Of a stretch of 64,000 bases of DNA, positions 1 to 13,675 are shown in pieces (the first letter of the stretch is position 1; each line of letters begins with the position of its first letter). The stretch covers positions 9,698,901 through 9,762,900 of the forward strand of contig NC_069000.1 of assembly GCF_001194135.2 (NCBI RefSeq), in the 5' to 3' direction. Position numbers and translations under genes: made by a program. Source of the stretch: Octopus bimaculoides (lineage: Eukaryota). The notes beneath the pieces were generated by a model. The model saw only the letters and a list, made by a program, of their open reading frames with translations, was not told where the DNA came from and did no database searches.

Positions 1-2412
1 GTTGATTCTATAATTGTCATTATACAAATGCCAAACTGTGGCATGGGCTTTCAGTATGGAATGGGCTGCTTGATAGACCCCAGTTTTGGGACTGTGTATA
101 GCAGGTGCCATTATCCCCAAACCATATCCAAGAGTACATATCTGCCTTGGTTCATTGAAAGTAGCCCAATATTTTACCTGGAGGAATAGATATTTTAGGA
201 ACAAAATTATTAGGTTTCTTGGTAATGTATAACATAAAAAACAAATTCATCAAAAACGATAATTTGTAATCTTTCTTCATTTCAACCATGTCCATCTCTG
301 AGCAGGGACTTTGTGGTTAGGGTGTTCAGCTCGCAATTGTAAGGACATGAGTTTGATTCCTGGTGGCATGTTGTCTCCTTGAGCAAGATACTTTATTCCA
401 TGTTGCTCCAGGCTGAATTTCCCTGCAAACTAAATTAAAGGTATACATATCTGTGAAGTGCTCAGTCACTTGCATGTTAATTTCACAAGCAGGTTGTTCT
501 GTTAATTGGATCAAATGGTACCTTCATCACCATAACCAATGGAATGCCAGTTATGTATTGAGGATTCAATAACAAAATAAATAAATATAGATGAAGCTTT
601 TACTTACTCGGTCCCCAAAGTTTTGGAAGCAAACATCAGCATATTCCTTGAAGCATTTGATAAGCAAGTCTTCATTTAAGAAACCGCCCTCATCTTGTAT
701 GTCTTGAGGAAGGTCAAAATGATAAAGTGTCACTATAGGGCTAATTCCAACAGCTATCAGGCTGTTTATTAGGTTGTTGTAGTAGCGGATACCAGCTTCA
801 TTCACCTTGACACCCTTTGTTGGTTCAGCTATGATACGAGGCCAACTTATTGAGAATCGATAAAACTTCACCTGAAAGAAAAATACATTTAATCTTTTTT
901 TTTTCTTGATGGTTAATGTAAAAAATGATTTTGCATCCTGGAGTTGATGATGACGATGATGATGATGATGATGATGATGATGAATATTCTCCTCCGCCTC
1001 CTCCTCCTCATCATCATTTGCAGTAAAAAGAAAAACATTAATACATTGAGAATGGAGTTTTTATATGGTTGCTCAACTTGCTAGATATAGCAGCCGAATC
1101 TCCCTCAAATCACACATAACCATCTTAGATAAGGGATGAATACTATCATCATCACCACGCACCATGACCATGACCATCACCATCTTCATCAATATTACCA
1201 TCAACAACACCAAGGCACAAGCAATGTACACATCAAGGAAACAGACTCCCACTTCACTCTCTTTAGTCTTAAGACAACATGGAACTTCTAAGCCAATATA
1301 GACACCAAGTTTCACTACCACTTATGCCCTCTTGGAGCAATCTCATGTTCATAACACTGCAAAGACTGCATCCCACAGACCAACCAACCATCTTCAGATG
1401 TAGAAAATACTTCAGCCCCAAACGATAGCTGGCAATTTAAATCCTTCCCCCCACCACCCGCTCCTTTGTACACCACTCATCATAATAACCAACACTATCA
1501 ACCACTGCCACCAATTTAATAACTACTATTGGCCATTGCCAGTACCGCCTGACTGGCCTTCGTGCTGGTGGCACATAAAAGCACCCACTACACTATCTGA
1601 GTGCTTGGCATTAGGAAGGGCATCCAGCTGTAGAAGCTCTGCCAAATCAGATTGGATCCTGGTGTAGCCATCTGGTTTCACCAGTCCTCAGTCAAATCGT
1701 CCAACCNNNNNNNNNNATCCTGGTGTAGCCATCTGGTTTCACCAGTCCTCAGTCAAATCGTCCAACCCATGCTAGCATGGAAAGCAGACGTTAAACGATG
1801 ATGATGATGATGATGATGATATTAATGGTTACTGCCATATTATTATCTTCATCACTACCACCACCATTGCCATAGTCAATGCTCCCACTATCACTGCCAT
1901 CATCAACATCACCACCACCACCACCACCATCAAACTGTCATCACAACCAACATCACTGGCACCACTACTACCCTCACCACCACCACTGCTATTCCTCTGT
2001 CAACCACTATCACCATCATCTTTGTCACCACTATCAGCAACATCACTAACCACCACCGCCACCATGACTACCCCCAGTATCACTCACTTCATGACCACCA
2101 TCACTACAACCATCCTCCCACTGCTACTGGTGGCACAATGGTGACAGTAGTTAGTATGTACCAAATAAACATGTCCATACTTACACCAAGGTTCTTCAGA
2201 AGTGAAACATCCTCCATATATCTGTGGTAGCTGTCACATGAGATGTCTGCTGTTGAATTGTCAATAATGTTTCCTGAAATGTGGCAGAATGTATCCCAGA
2301 TGCTACGGCCTCGACCTAATAATGATAATAATAATAATAATAATAATAATTAATAATAATAAATAATATTAATAAATAATAATAATAATAATAATAATAA
2401 ATAATATTAATA

Positions 2413-2462
<50 letters not shown>

Positions 2463-2903
2463 TGATAAAAGCACCCACTACACTCTTGGAGTGGTTGGTG
2501 TCAGGAAGGGCATCCAGCTGTAGAAACTCTGCCAGATCAGATTGGAGCCTGGTGTAGCCATCTGGTTTCACCAGTCCTCAGTCAAATTGTCCAACCCATG
2601 CTAGCATGGAAAGCGGACGTTAAACGATGATGATGATGATGATGACCCAATCATGCAACAGGTTGCACTGGGTTACATGTTACCAGTTAGTGCTCGACAG
2701 CAATCCGACCCAATGCACACACATCCAGTAAAATCGAAAGAAGATAGAAAAATAATGTAAATTAAAACGAATATGCCGTCGGCACTTTTACTTCACTCAC
2801 CATCTTCAGTGGCACCTCCTTCAATCTGGAAAGCTGAGGTAGCTGCACACCACTTGAAGTGCTCAGGGAATGTTCCATATATGAAATTCTCTTCTTCTGA
2901 CAT
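1..2903 (-). CDS. Glycoside hydrolase family 1 beta-glucosidase (cytosolic beta-glucosidase / lactase-phlorizin-like), 5' part; continues off the left end
   Basis: Exons 2903-2801 (MSEEENFIYGTFPEHFKWCAATSAFQIEGGATED), 2315-2185 (GRGRSIWDTF...DISCDSYHRYMEDVSLLKNLG), 871-608 (VKFYRFSISWPRI...TLYHFDLPQ...FGDR) and 177-1 (VKYWATFNEP...). All junctions are GT-AG with matching phases. The acid/base NEP motif is present. Confidence 0.95.
2318..2460. repeat. (AAT)n microsatellite
   Basis: Seen directly; on the minus strand it forms the pyrimidine-rich acceptor region of GH1 exon 2. Other long simple repeats: (CAC/CAT)n at about 1800-2130, (TA)n at 22846-22912, (CA)n at 52683-52731 and compound (CA/CATA)n at 54805-55095. 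Confidence 0.95.
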
Positions 2904-3984
2904 GTCAGGTGATATAGTCCAGCACACTGAAAGCAGAACAATATAAAGCTGATTATTTCTGTACTGGAAACATATTTTGTAGGATTATGAAGAAATACTT
3001 CAGCTCCCCAAAAGCTACTAACTCTTGGCAAAACTCTAGTAAGGCCCACGATAGAATACTGTTCACATATCTCAGATGGTGATGAGCTGTTGCTATACAG
3101 CTGACACTCCATCAGTTATGATGAGACAGGTTCCAGTTGATCTGATCAATAGAACAGCTTGTTCATGAAATTAATATGCAAGTAGCTGAGCACTCCACAG
3201 ATATGCACACACTTAACATATGAATAGTTCACAGGGAGATTCAGCGTGACACAGAATGTGATAAGGCTGACCATTTGCATTACAAGCACAATGCATTTTT
3301 GCCAGCTGAGGGAGATAGAACAATGTGAAATAAAGTGTCTTGCTCAAGGAGACAATGCACCACCAGGTATTGAACTCATGACCCTACAATCATGAGCTGA
3401 GTAACTTAACCACTTAGTCATGTCCCTTCACTGCTGCTACATACAGGTGTCCTAGATCACAGCCAAAAAATGAGCCTTCTGATTGACTAGCAGGAATTTG
3501 CTTGCCAACATTCTTTAACTTCAGGCCCACAGATATACCATTTCCTCTCTCTGCCTTTTGCCTTTTAAACAACAACAACAACAACAACAACAACATCAAT
3601 GGTCTGTGCTACATGGAGCTAGCTGGTCATATGCCCTGCAACTCAGGCATTGGAATTCTTTCACAAGATCAAAAAAGTGTGGACAGTTCTACTCAAGCCC
3701 TCACCAAAATAATCAAATCACTGCCTGGGTTATCCAATGGTTTGGTTCATACTTACAGTTAACCAATTGCCATTTGTTCGTCACATTTCGACAAATCTAC
3801 TGGAGATGGAGGTACATTAATAGGAATAGGTAGTAGATACAACTGGATATAAGTCCTTAGTTGGAACCTTGCACAATGGTGACCCTCAAGTGATAGCTGT
3901 TTTGGTATGAAAATTTCACAGGTATTTATCAGGTCACTTGCTATGCAAGTACATCTCCATATATATATACACACACACATATAT

Positions 3985-4029
<45 letters not shown>

Positions 4030-5388
4030 TAATAATAACAAATGGAGCAAAACGCATATAAACAAAAGTTCCTTTAATTCCTACATATGTTTCAAAATAT
4101 ATGTGCACTCTACTCCAAAGAAGTAAGAGGTGCTGGAATTGCTGCCGTCGACTTCACTTTTCATCCTTTCAGAGTTGATGAATTAAATGCCAGTCAAGTA
4201 CTGAATTCGATGTAATCGACTTTCCCGTCTCACAATTTTAGGCTTAGTGCCAATAGTAAAAGAATTAAAAAAAAAATAACGATAAGAATAAGAAGAAAAA
4301 TACAAGATAGGGAAACACGAGAATCAGAGGCAAATATACATATAAGATAGATAGAAGAGAAATAAAATGGGCGGGGGTGATAGAATAAAACTGTGTAAGA
4401 GTTGTTACCTCAAGAATTTAACTTATAATAACTTCTGTGCTGACAGCGAACTAGTAAGAGGTGTTTTAAAAAGATTGACCTTTTAAGTTACACGTGACAG
4501 TTTCATTCAATAAATAGATATATCAACAGAGAGGGACGGGGAGGGGGGGTAAAAAGACAATAAAAAAGTTGTAAAAACAAATCCGTAAAGTATAGATGTG
4601 AGGTGAAATGTCAAATCAAAACAAAAGTATGATATTGAGAGCACCTTGCTAAGGAAGACAACTCTAATAATTACAGAATCACACAAGAAATATTTCTGTT
4701 TCACTCCTGTGACCGGGTGTTGAGATTTAGTGCTCGGGGTTATGTGGGGGTTGATCGTGTGAATTTTCCGAGCCCTCTCCCCACCCCGTTTGTCAGCGCG
4801 CATTTTTTCCTTCATATTTCTTTCATATACGGTGCATTTCAACTGCTACACTATTTTTTTTTCAATTTTTCCGCCGGGTGTGGATCTAGATATATTTTTT
4901 TTTACTTCAATATTTGAAATATAAACCCAGCAGTTTGTATTCTTTTTTGCCCCCAAAATTTCCGGAGACCTAAAATTGTTCACAAAAATAATTTTTTGCT
5001 AAAACAGGAATATTTTTACACAATAATAATTTTTATTCAATCTCTTTGTCAGAGTCTTTTCTATTTTTTTTCGAGCTCAGGAAAAAAAAAATGAAAAAAA
5101 TTTTTCCGAACCCTGTTTGGTGACCACTTCAATATTATTTTAATTCATTGAAATAATATCCCCTCAATATCCCTTCAATATTGTTTTTATTCATTGAAAT
5201 AATATCCCATCTCATACACGAAAGAACAAATGACCCGCCTCTTAATCCGGGTGGAATATTCTTGCTTCTTCACCGGTAATGAAGTCAATAAGAGTGGCCT
5301 ATCCTGACGACATTTAGTCGTAGGTGTTTGTTTTCAGTTCAGCTTATTGGCCTGTTAAAAATACGGAAGACAAAAATAAACCAAACGA

Positions 5389-8300
5389 ATGCTGTTTCTA
5401 GCTCGCTCAACGACTCTTTCTAAACGTTGCCGGAGTTCTCTTACCTGGAACCGTGCTGTCAGCAAACTATTGGCTTCAATCACACCCGTGACCGTGAGTT
5501 TGACACTTACCTCTGTTTACTAAAGCTAAACACTAACATTCTCTGCTTTCTTTTATATAGTTTTAAGAATATACATAAATAGGGATTATAATATGTGTGT
5601 GGTGACACATATACGCGTGTTTATACATATTTACGAGTGTGCATTTATGTTTCCACACACACCTCCGACACGCTTGCATCCTCTGTCGAAGGAGGAAGCT
5701 TGCAAAGTATGATGTATTCGTTGTTACATGTTTATTTACTGAACCATTCATAGTTGTCACGTAAAATATATATATATAACAGGAAACTGCAGTAATCTCA
5801 CTTGTTTACATATTCACTTAAGTTTACACTAGAATTTGCAATTTGTCCTTGCGGAGTCGATAAGTATTTGGAATCACGTTTCCTTGTATTCATTATCTTT
5901 GAGGTCTGTCTTTGGGTGCAATGTGAAGATCTGTTAACACAATATTAAGCGATTGTCCGTAGTGAAGCGAATTACTGATGTCGGTGGGATTGCCTACACA
6001 GCACATCTCTTGATATCTTGTTGGGATCTGTTCGTTACTTGACAAAGACTTCCTCTGTTTATAAATCTTCTGAAGGTAACATTTCACTTAGTTTCCTTCC
6101 TTTGTTAGAATTAAAAGATTGCAGGCATGCTAGTTTGTTCTTCCAATACAGAGGGGTGTTAGACCATAAAGAATGACACCTTTATTGGCGAAGGTAAAGA
6201 ATACGTACGCCACCCGTTTACAGCTGTTAGGTTTAGGGTTAGGATTGCGCCGGAAACGGGTGGTGTGCGTATTCTTTACCTCTGCCCCTTTGTCTGACTG
6301 TTTCTCCTGTCCTCCATACGAAAATCAGTGGAGACTGAATATTTTTGAAAGCGAAAACTGGGAACCTTACAAAGTAGTTAGCTTAAACTTTTATAACCTT
6401 GATGGAAACTCTTAATATATTTCTTGTCTTCCTTGAAAATCCACTTCCCTAACACCACACGTGTATGTCATCGTTACCACCCTCGCCTGTGCCTCCAAAT
6501 GATTAGGGGGCTGAATTTATGATTTAATTAATCCATTTATCTGTATAATGTATGACATACACTGATGCTCGATATTAACCATTGCTTCTTTTCAGATGCC
6601 AAACCAACGCCCTAGTTCTGATCTGGCAGCTTTTCGTGATATCTTTGGTAAAGCAAAGAAAATAGTCATATTAACAGGTGCTGGAGTGAGTGCAGAGAGT
6701 GGTGTACCAACGTTTCGAGGCCCTGGTGGCTTTTGGAGAAAATGGCAAGCTCAGGTAAGTGTCAGTTGTTTCATGCATACTTATTATATGTAAAGTTGAT
6801 GCCATTTAGATTTACATTCAGAATCTTGAGGGATAAGGCTAAATGCTATGAAGTAATTTATCTGAACTTCTACTGTCCTAGCCATGTCCACTATCTTTTA
6901 AATATTTTGCATTGGAACTGACTGAGTTGTATATAATTATTTAAGAATTCAGCACCTTTTAGCATCCATCTAAAGTTTTCTTTCTTCCATTCAGGATTTG
7001 GCTAGTCCAACAGCATTTGCCAGAAATCCATCGTTGGTCTGGGAATTCTACCACTATCGGCGCGAGTTGATGGCTAACAAGCAGCCAAACAAGGTAAAGT
7101 GAGTTGTTGACGCTATTGAGTCCCAGGTCATCCCTGATTGAACAAACTTATGATTTGTGGGAGCTGTACTCCATGGTTTATTTTAGCTAAGTCTTGTAAG
7201 GGACTAGCAACTGATCAGAGTTGAACTATTTTGTGGCCTTGAAAGAGAAAAGATAATCTTTGCAGTGCAGTTTTAGCCATTATCTGTATTCTTTTTTGTT
7301 TTTTTTTAAGGAGAGGGCATGATTTGAAAGATTTGGATGCTACCTATAGTAAGCTTCTCATATGTAGGAGATGAAGAAAAGTAAGGTCCATTGGATGTGT
7401 CGTGTTGATTTCAACACTAAACTGAGTATGAGTAAGTTGAGCATGTGACTTGATATTAAAGACCGAGATGTGCCACAGGAAAGGCAGATACATTACGTGT
7501 TTGGGTATGGATGTATATTGTGAATACATGACATACTGAATAAAAAAAAAATACCTTGAGACTGATAGTGAAATTTGCTCAAAGCAAAAGTCAATACGCA
7601 AAATGGGGACAGTTAGTAAAGTCAGATCAAGGACCCGTAAGTATCACAGATAAGATTGAGACAAATGTTAATATCTTGCATGTGGACCCATCCAGCTCAT
7701 TTGCTATGGAAAAAGAGATGTTTAAGCAGTGACGGTGATATATTGTGGCCTTTTATCATTGAAATATATATGTATTAAATTGATACTCATGCCTTTGTAT
7801 ACTTGTTCAGCTAAGAACTTGCCATATTGTTTTCTCTTGATCTCAATTATGGAAGTGTATTGAAACCCTTTGTCTGGTTGCAACTTTAAAAAACTATTTT
7901 CAAAATTGTTTAACTCTTTTTATATTAACTTGCCCTGAGACTGCCTCTGGTTCTATGAAACAAACTTCCTGTTTTACAATGATCTAAATTTAAAACTATC
8001 AAAATTTCTTGTTAATTAATAATTATTAATAAATGATAATTCTTGTTAATTAATAATTATTAATAAATGAGATTTTACTAAATTCTTCATTATTTTCAAA
8101 ATTAATTGAAATAAAGACACTTTTCTAACAGAAATATGGCAACAAAAGATTAAAAGCATCATATTCAATTTTGTCCTTGTTGAATATTTTAAACACAACT
8201 TTTCTTCCAACTCTTGTTTAGGCTCATATTGCCATTGCTGAGTGTGAGCAACGTTTGGCAAAACAGAACCGTATAGTATCTGTGGTCACTCAAAATATAG

Positions 8301-11300
8301 ATGGACTCCATCGTAGAGCAGGTTCCACAAATATCATTGAACTTCATGGTGAGTTGCTTCATCTTTTCTTTTCTGTATCTTTCTCATTTCAAAAAATTTA
8401 TTTCATAGCACATAAATGTTTTCTGGAATCAATAAAATAAAGCCTCAGTTAGGTACTGAGATCTTTGGTATCAACTAAATTCCTCTCCTTAAAATTGCTG
8501 GCTCTGTGCCTATATGAAAAACAATTATTTCATATTAATTTACCGAACAGATGTACTTATGAAAAATCTCTATTTGATTGAAATGTTTCTTCTTTGTTTA
8601 CTAAAGGTAACTTGTTCAAGACAAGGTGTACTAACTGTGGAGAAGTTGCTGTGAACAATGACAGCCCAATTTGTGAGGCTTTGGCTAACAGAGGGTAAGT
8701 AACTTACTTTTTTGTTATGGAAACCTATAAGTGTCAGTTATATATTGCATGTAAAATGATAAGTTGTAAACAAGAGAAACTAAACCATACCATTTATAAG
8801 CCTACGTGGTCAGAATTGAAGATATAACTCCTTCCATCACCACCACCACCTCATTCAATTAACTATAAACATTTTCATGTAATTTTCCCAGCTAAAGCAA
8901 GGGTTAGCCCACAACAGTTCATTATGGTTCTCCTTTGGTGATAGGATTTTCTGGTCAGATGCCTTTCCTGTTGCTAACTGTTTTAGTCACCTCATACAAC
9001 ATATCAAGATAACCACATGGAAATCTTAATTTCAAGTTTTGGCACAAGACCAGCAATTTCAGGCCAGGGGATTAAGTCGATTACATCAACTCCAGTACTC
9101 AATCCTCGTGTCAGGTGCAGAAACAAATGTTGTAATTTGCAATTGAAACCTGTTTTTTGCCAACTTTGTGTTATGTATGTATGTATATGTGTGTGTCTTC
9201 TATAGCTCCAGGTTGACCAAAGTCTCAAGTGGATTTGGTTAATGAAAACTGAAAGAAGTCTATTGTGTGTGTGGTAGTGTCTCCTTGCCTTGACATCATG
9301 TGATAGTTGGAAGTAAATGTCTCTATCATACAAGCTGGATCCTTCATTTCCAGTCTTCCATGAAAGGCATGTCTGGTGATGAGGCAACTGTTACCTCACT
9401 TGGAAATGGGTGAGGGTTTGCAACATGAAGATGTTCCGGTTATAGAAAATCCAGCTCTACAAAATTCTGCCTGATCCATGCGAGTGCATGGTAAACCAAT
9501 GATATATATATACACACACTCCAAATCTCTATATATCTATCCATCCTGACTGTAAAACATTGTTCAAAATTAAGTCAGTTTAAATCAAATACTATTCTGT
9601 CCAAGTTTTGATGATATTTGATGAAGTATTGATGATATTTGCTTTTCCTTTGCATGTAGATCTCCTGATCCATCTGCAGAAGATGCTAGAATCCCTAAAG
9701 AACTTCTTCCACGGTAAGTCAATTGAATTATGAGTTTTTGATGTTGTTTAACCCCAGCGACTGAAACAAAAAGTAAAAGATATGTATAATAAAGAATTCT
9801 GTATTTGTGGTTTATCTTTTTTTAGGTGCAAAACATCCAGTTGTAAAGGTCTTCTTCGTCCTCATGTCGTTTGGTTTGGAGAAAGTCTTGACCAGAATGT
9901 CTTGCTGCAAACTGAAGAGGTTCTGGATTCATGTGATCTTTGCTTGGTTGTAAGTATTGCTCTTTTTTTTTTATGTGAAACTTCATCATCATCGTTTAAC
10001 GTCTGCTTTCTATGCTAGCATGGGTTGGACGATTTGACTGAGGACTGGTGAACCAGATGGCTACACCATGCTCCAATCTGATTGGGTAGAGTTTCTACAG
10101 CTGGATGCCCTTCCTAACGCCAACTACTCCCAGTGTATAGGGGGTGCTTTTACGTGCCACCGGCTGCTGTACTGTCCTGGTTGATCAATAGACAAGCTCG
10201 TTTGTTTTAACTTTTAAAATTGGATATTATTGATCATAAGGTTGTCTAATGAGAGCTACTGGGGTTAAGCGTGATCAAAAGTGCTTAAGTCCAAATCATT
10301 GTCTTTGTTTAATCCTTTAGCATTCAGATTACTTTGTTAAATGTAATGCTTTTTCATTCTCATTGTTTTTATAGATGTTTTCAATCTAGTTTGGATTCTT
10401 TGCCATGTTGATTGCAAAGAATTCAAATTTGATGGCAACGAATCCAAACTAGATCGAAAACATCTATAATTAAACATACATTATCTCATACCTTTCAAAA
10501 TTTGATGCTATGATTGTATATTTTTAGAATGGCATTTGAAGGGTAGGCGTGAGAGGCTGGATAGAACATAAAACAGGTACACATTTGGGTTGGATATGGC
10601 AGTGTTTAAATGCTAAAGGGTTAAGGCATAATATCATCATCATCATCGTTTAACGTCTGCTTGCCATGCTAGCATGGGTTGGACGATTTGACTGAGGACT
10701 GGTGAAACCGGATGGCAACACCAGGCTCCAGTCTGATTTGGCAGAGTTTCTACAGCTGGATGCCCTTCCTAACGCCAACCACTCAGAGAGTGTAGTGGGT
10801 GCTTTTACGTGTCACCCGCACGAAAACGGCCACGCTCGAAATGGTGTCTTTTATGTGCCACCCGCACAAGCCAGTCCAGGGGCACTGGCAACGATCTCGC
10901 TCGAAAATCCTACAGGATCCAGTCAGGCGGTACTGGCAACGGCCACGCTCAAAATGGTGCATCTCATGTGCCACCCGCACAAGAACCAGTCCAGGGGCAC
11001 TGGCAACGATCTTACTTGGCTTGCCGGGTCTTCTCACGCACAGCCCATTTCCAATCCATGAATAAATAATCCTGGTTACAAAATGCTTCCTTTCCTTGAC
11101 AGAAGGGTGTAATTTGAGGGAGATTTGTCTATTCATAGATGTATGAATACCACATTAAATATATATTTTCTCTTTCTTCCAGGTTGGTACTTCATCAATT
11201 GTCTACCCAGCTGCCATGTATGCACCAATGCTAGCAGGCCGAGGAATTCCTGTTGCAGAATTCAACACTGAAGAGACTCCAGCCACAAACTCACTAGGGT

Positions 11301-11800
11301 GAGAACCCTGTTTCTAGTTCTTGTGATTTATTGAATGTACAGCTAAGGAGAGAGAAGATATGAAATAGGGGCCCATGCCAGTGTCATGTAAAAAGCACTC
11401 AGTACACTGTAAAGTGGTTAGCGTTAGGAAGGGCATCCAGCCTTAGAAACCATGTCAAAACCTTAGGTCAGTCCTGATGTACTTTTGACCATCTCTTCTT
11501 TTATTCAGACCTAGCCTGTTTAGGACTACCTTACCCACTGTCTTATTTTCTTTTTGTGATGTATGTGATTTGAGGGAGATTTGACTGTTATTTCTTGCAT
11601 GTCAAATGACCATGTAAACTTGTATTACCATATCTTGTATACCATTGCTGAAATTAAATACCAAATATATATTTTGTTCATTATATCCTTTTTTTCTTTC
11701 TTTCTTTCTTTCTTATCTCTGCAGCTTTCACTTTGAAGGTCCAGCTGGATCTACCTTGCCACCAGCCCTGGCAAAACATGAAAATGAACCAGAAGACTAA
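5389..11800 (+). CDS. SIRT5: NAD-dependent protein deacylase sirtuin-5 (class III sirtuin), complete, 315 aa with N-terminal mitochondrial transit-like peptide
   Basis: Exons 5389-5493, 6596-6754, 6995-7093, 8222-8348, 8607-8694, 9660-9713, 9826-9949, 11183-11298 and 11725-11800, totalling 948 nt in frame. Motifs: [23 protein letters not shown] (the Tyr/Arg pair for succinyl/malonyl specificity), [11 protein letters not shown], CxxC twice, [19 protein letters not shown]. Exon 1 ([35 protein letters not shown]) is basic with no acidic residues; it is less certain than exons 2-9. Confidence 0.96.
6192..6281. repeat. Short inverted-repeat element with TTAGGG-like core in SIRT5 intron 1
   Basis: AGGTAAAGAATACGTACGCCACCCGTTT pairs with AAACGGGTGGTGTGCGTATTCTTTACCT around TTAGGTTTAGGGTTAGG. 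No TSD was found. Confidence 0.7.
10313..10620. mobile_element. piggyBac-like MITE (TTAA target, TIR CCCTTTAGCATT)
   Basis: TTAA|TCCTTTAGCATT ... AATGCTAAAGGG|TTAA. Related copies at 27494-27714 (complete) and about 26040-26196 (3' part). Confidence 0.75.
10633..11055 (-). mobile_element. Abundant retroposon family with (GAT)n tail (SINE or LINE 3' end); longest copy, with an internal duplication
   Basis: Shared core GCATGGGTTGGACGATTTGACTGAGG...CAGCTGGATGCCCTTCCTAACGCC. Other copies at about 1530-1820, 2465-2645, 9985-10165, 14024-14128, 18962-19520 (split), 35690-36016, 39205-39520 and 40645-40912. Confidence 0.8.
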
Positions 11801-13675
11801 GCTGAAAGAACACAACCACCACTACTATCTTTGTAGGAGAGTTGGTTAAGTTCATTTGCCAGAAGGGTAGAACTCTTTCAGATCTTGCCTTCAGCCCAAG
11901 GGATAACAATACTCATATTTCTGTTTCCACTTTCACATGAAGTACAACAGCCAGAATTGTTATCTGCTCTCATTCCTCACAGCAAATGAATTTATCCAAC
12001 TCCTCTTTTGAGTAATTTTTGCCAACATAGACCAGAACCAATTTCCTTGAATCTTGAATTTGTTCTCTCTTCAACAGCCGCATTTATAATTTATTTAAGG
12101 CTATCTCTCTCTCTCTCTTTTTCTTTCGCTCGCTCTCTCTCTCTCCTTTCTCTCTCTCTATATATATCTAATCTAAGGTCCAATCTGTATATGTATCAAT
12201 AAGAATTTAAGATCCTATATTTATAATTTAAGGATATGTATAGTAAGTATCTGAAATTGCAAACAAAGCATGAAGTGTTTCGGTAAGAAATTATTTCTTT
12301 CTGCAATATAAATGACATTTTTAATATATATGAACTGAAAAAAAAAACAACCAACCAATTCTTGAAATAATGTAATAAATATTTTTTGGAAAGAATCTTG
12401 ACTTTTATTAATGAATTCCAAGAAAATATGGTTTATTTGCCCAGAATTCAAACATGCAGCTATCTGAATTTTATTTTATTTTTTCCCAAATAAATATCTT
12501 TTGAAATATTTTTTACAAATTTTTCCCATTTTTGCATAATTGTGTCTCCTAGATTTGGAGTGATTTGGAGAATAGAACGCCTTTTCTATTTCAGATGTTT
12601 TAGAATAAAATTGCATAACATAAGTATCTGTACACTGTAAGGGTTTCCTCCGTGGAAACTAAAATGAATTGAGAAATAGGGATGAAATTTGGGGACAACG
12701 GGGTAGAAGAAAAAAAATTACCAGTATGAATACAGCACTGAATTGAAACAGTTTTATCTTCCATTTATGGCTGATTCATAAAATAGCAGTTGAAAGGTAA
12801 ATAGTTTCCACAGTTCTGAAAGCAGTACAGACCAGTTTTCTTAATGTTCTTAGCATCATAAAGGTAGCTGAACAGTAATCTATAGATCTTTACATTTCTT
12901 TTTTACAAAGTACATGTCTTTATTTACAAACGTATCTATTTTCACTGATCTATAGAATCAGTGTACTGTACTAAGATGTCCAGAGTTGGAACAAGAGATT
13001 GGCATGACCGTGTGGACACCAGTGATTTGGTGCAGCTGAATGGACATTCAACTGGTTTCGGTGACTCTACGTTTTGGCACTGGAGGCAAATGAATGTGTG
13101 CTGAAATATACACACATATATATAGAGAGAGAGAAGGGGGTACTTTACAATTTATTTGTTGAACACAACATAAACACTTTCCCTCTCTCCATATACATAA
13201 ACAGAAAATTAGAAACATTAAAACGTCTGATGATGAATCAGTCAGTATCAAATTGGCAAAGCCAAATATGTGGCACCAAAACGGCCATGCCAAAACACTT
13301 CTTCGTATCTGTCCAGAGTTTATATTCAAGTAGGTGCCGTTCCTTTTAAATGTTGGCATTGCCCAACAAAACATTTTGATTTATATCAACAGTAGATATG
13401 TTGAAAAATAGGAAAGAATCTGGGAGAGAGAGAGAGACAACAGTACCATTTGAAAGAGCACCACTTGAAATGTGTATAAAATATATATATATATATATAT
13501 ATATAAATTAAATAAAAAACAAACAAACAAACAGGATTCCTTTCCACATGAAGTGGTTGGGTATCACTTAAGGCAGCCAGATAGCATTGGTATGATAAAA
13601 CCAAGAGGGGATAAAGGAAAACAAAAATTCAAAATTCTCACATTTTCTGTTTTCTTGAAAATGTGTTTTAAAACA

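Noticed and set aside
1656-1767. 51-bp direct duplication
   Set aside because: Identical copies flank a 10-N gap; this is a contig-overlap assembly artefact.
8004-8070. Tandem duplication of about 35 bp (TTCTTGTTAATTAATAATTATTAATAAATGA)
   Set aside because: Ordinary AT-rich slippage duplication in a SIRT5 intron.
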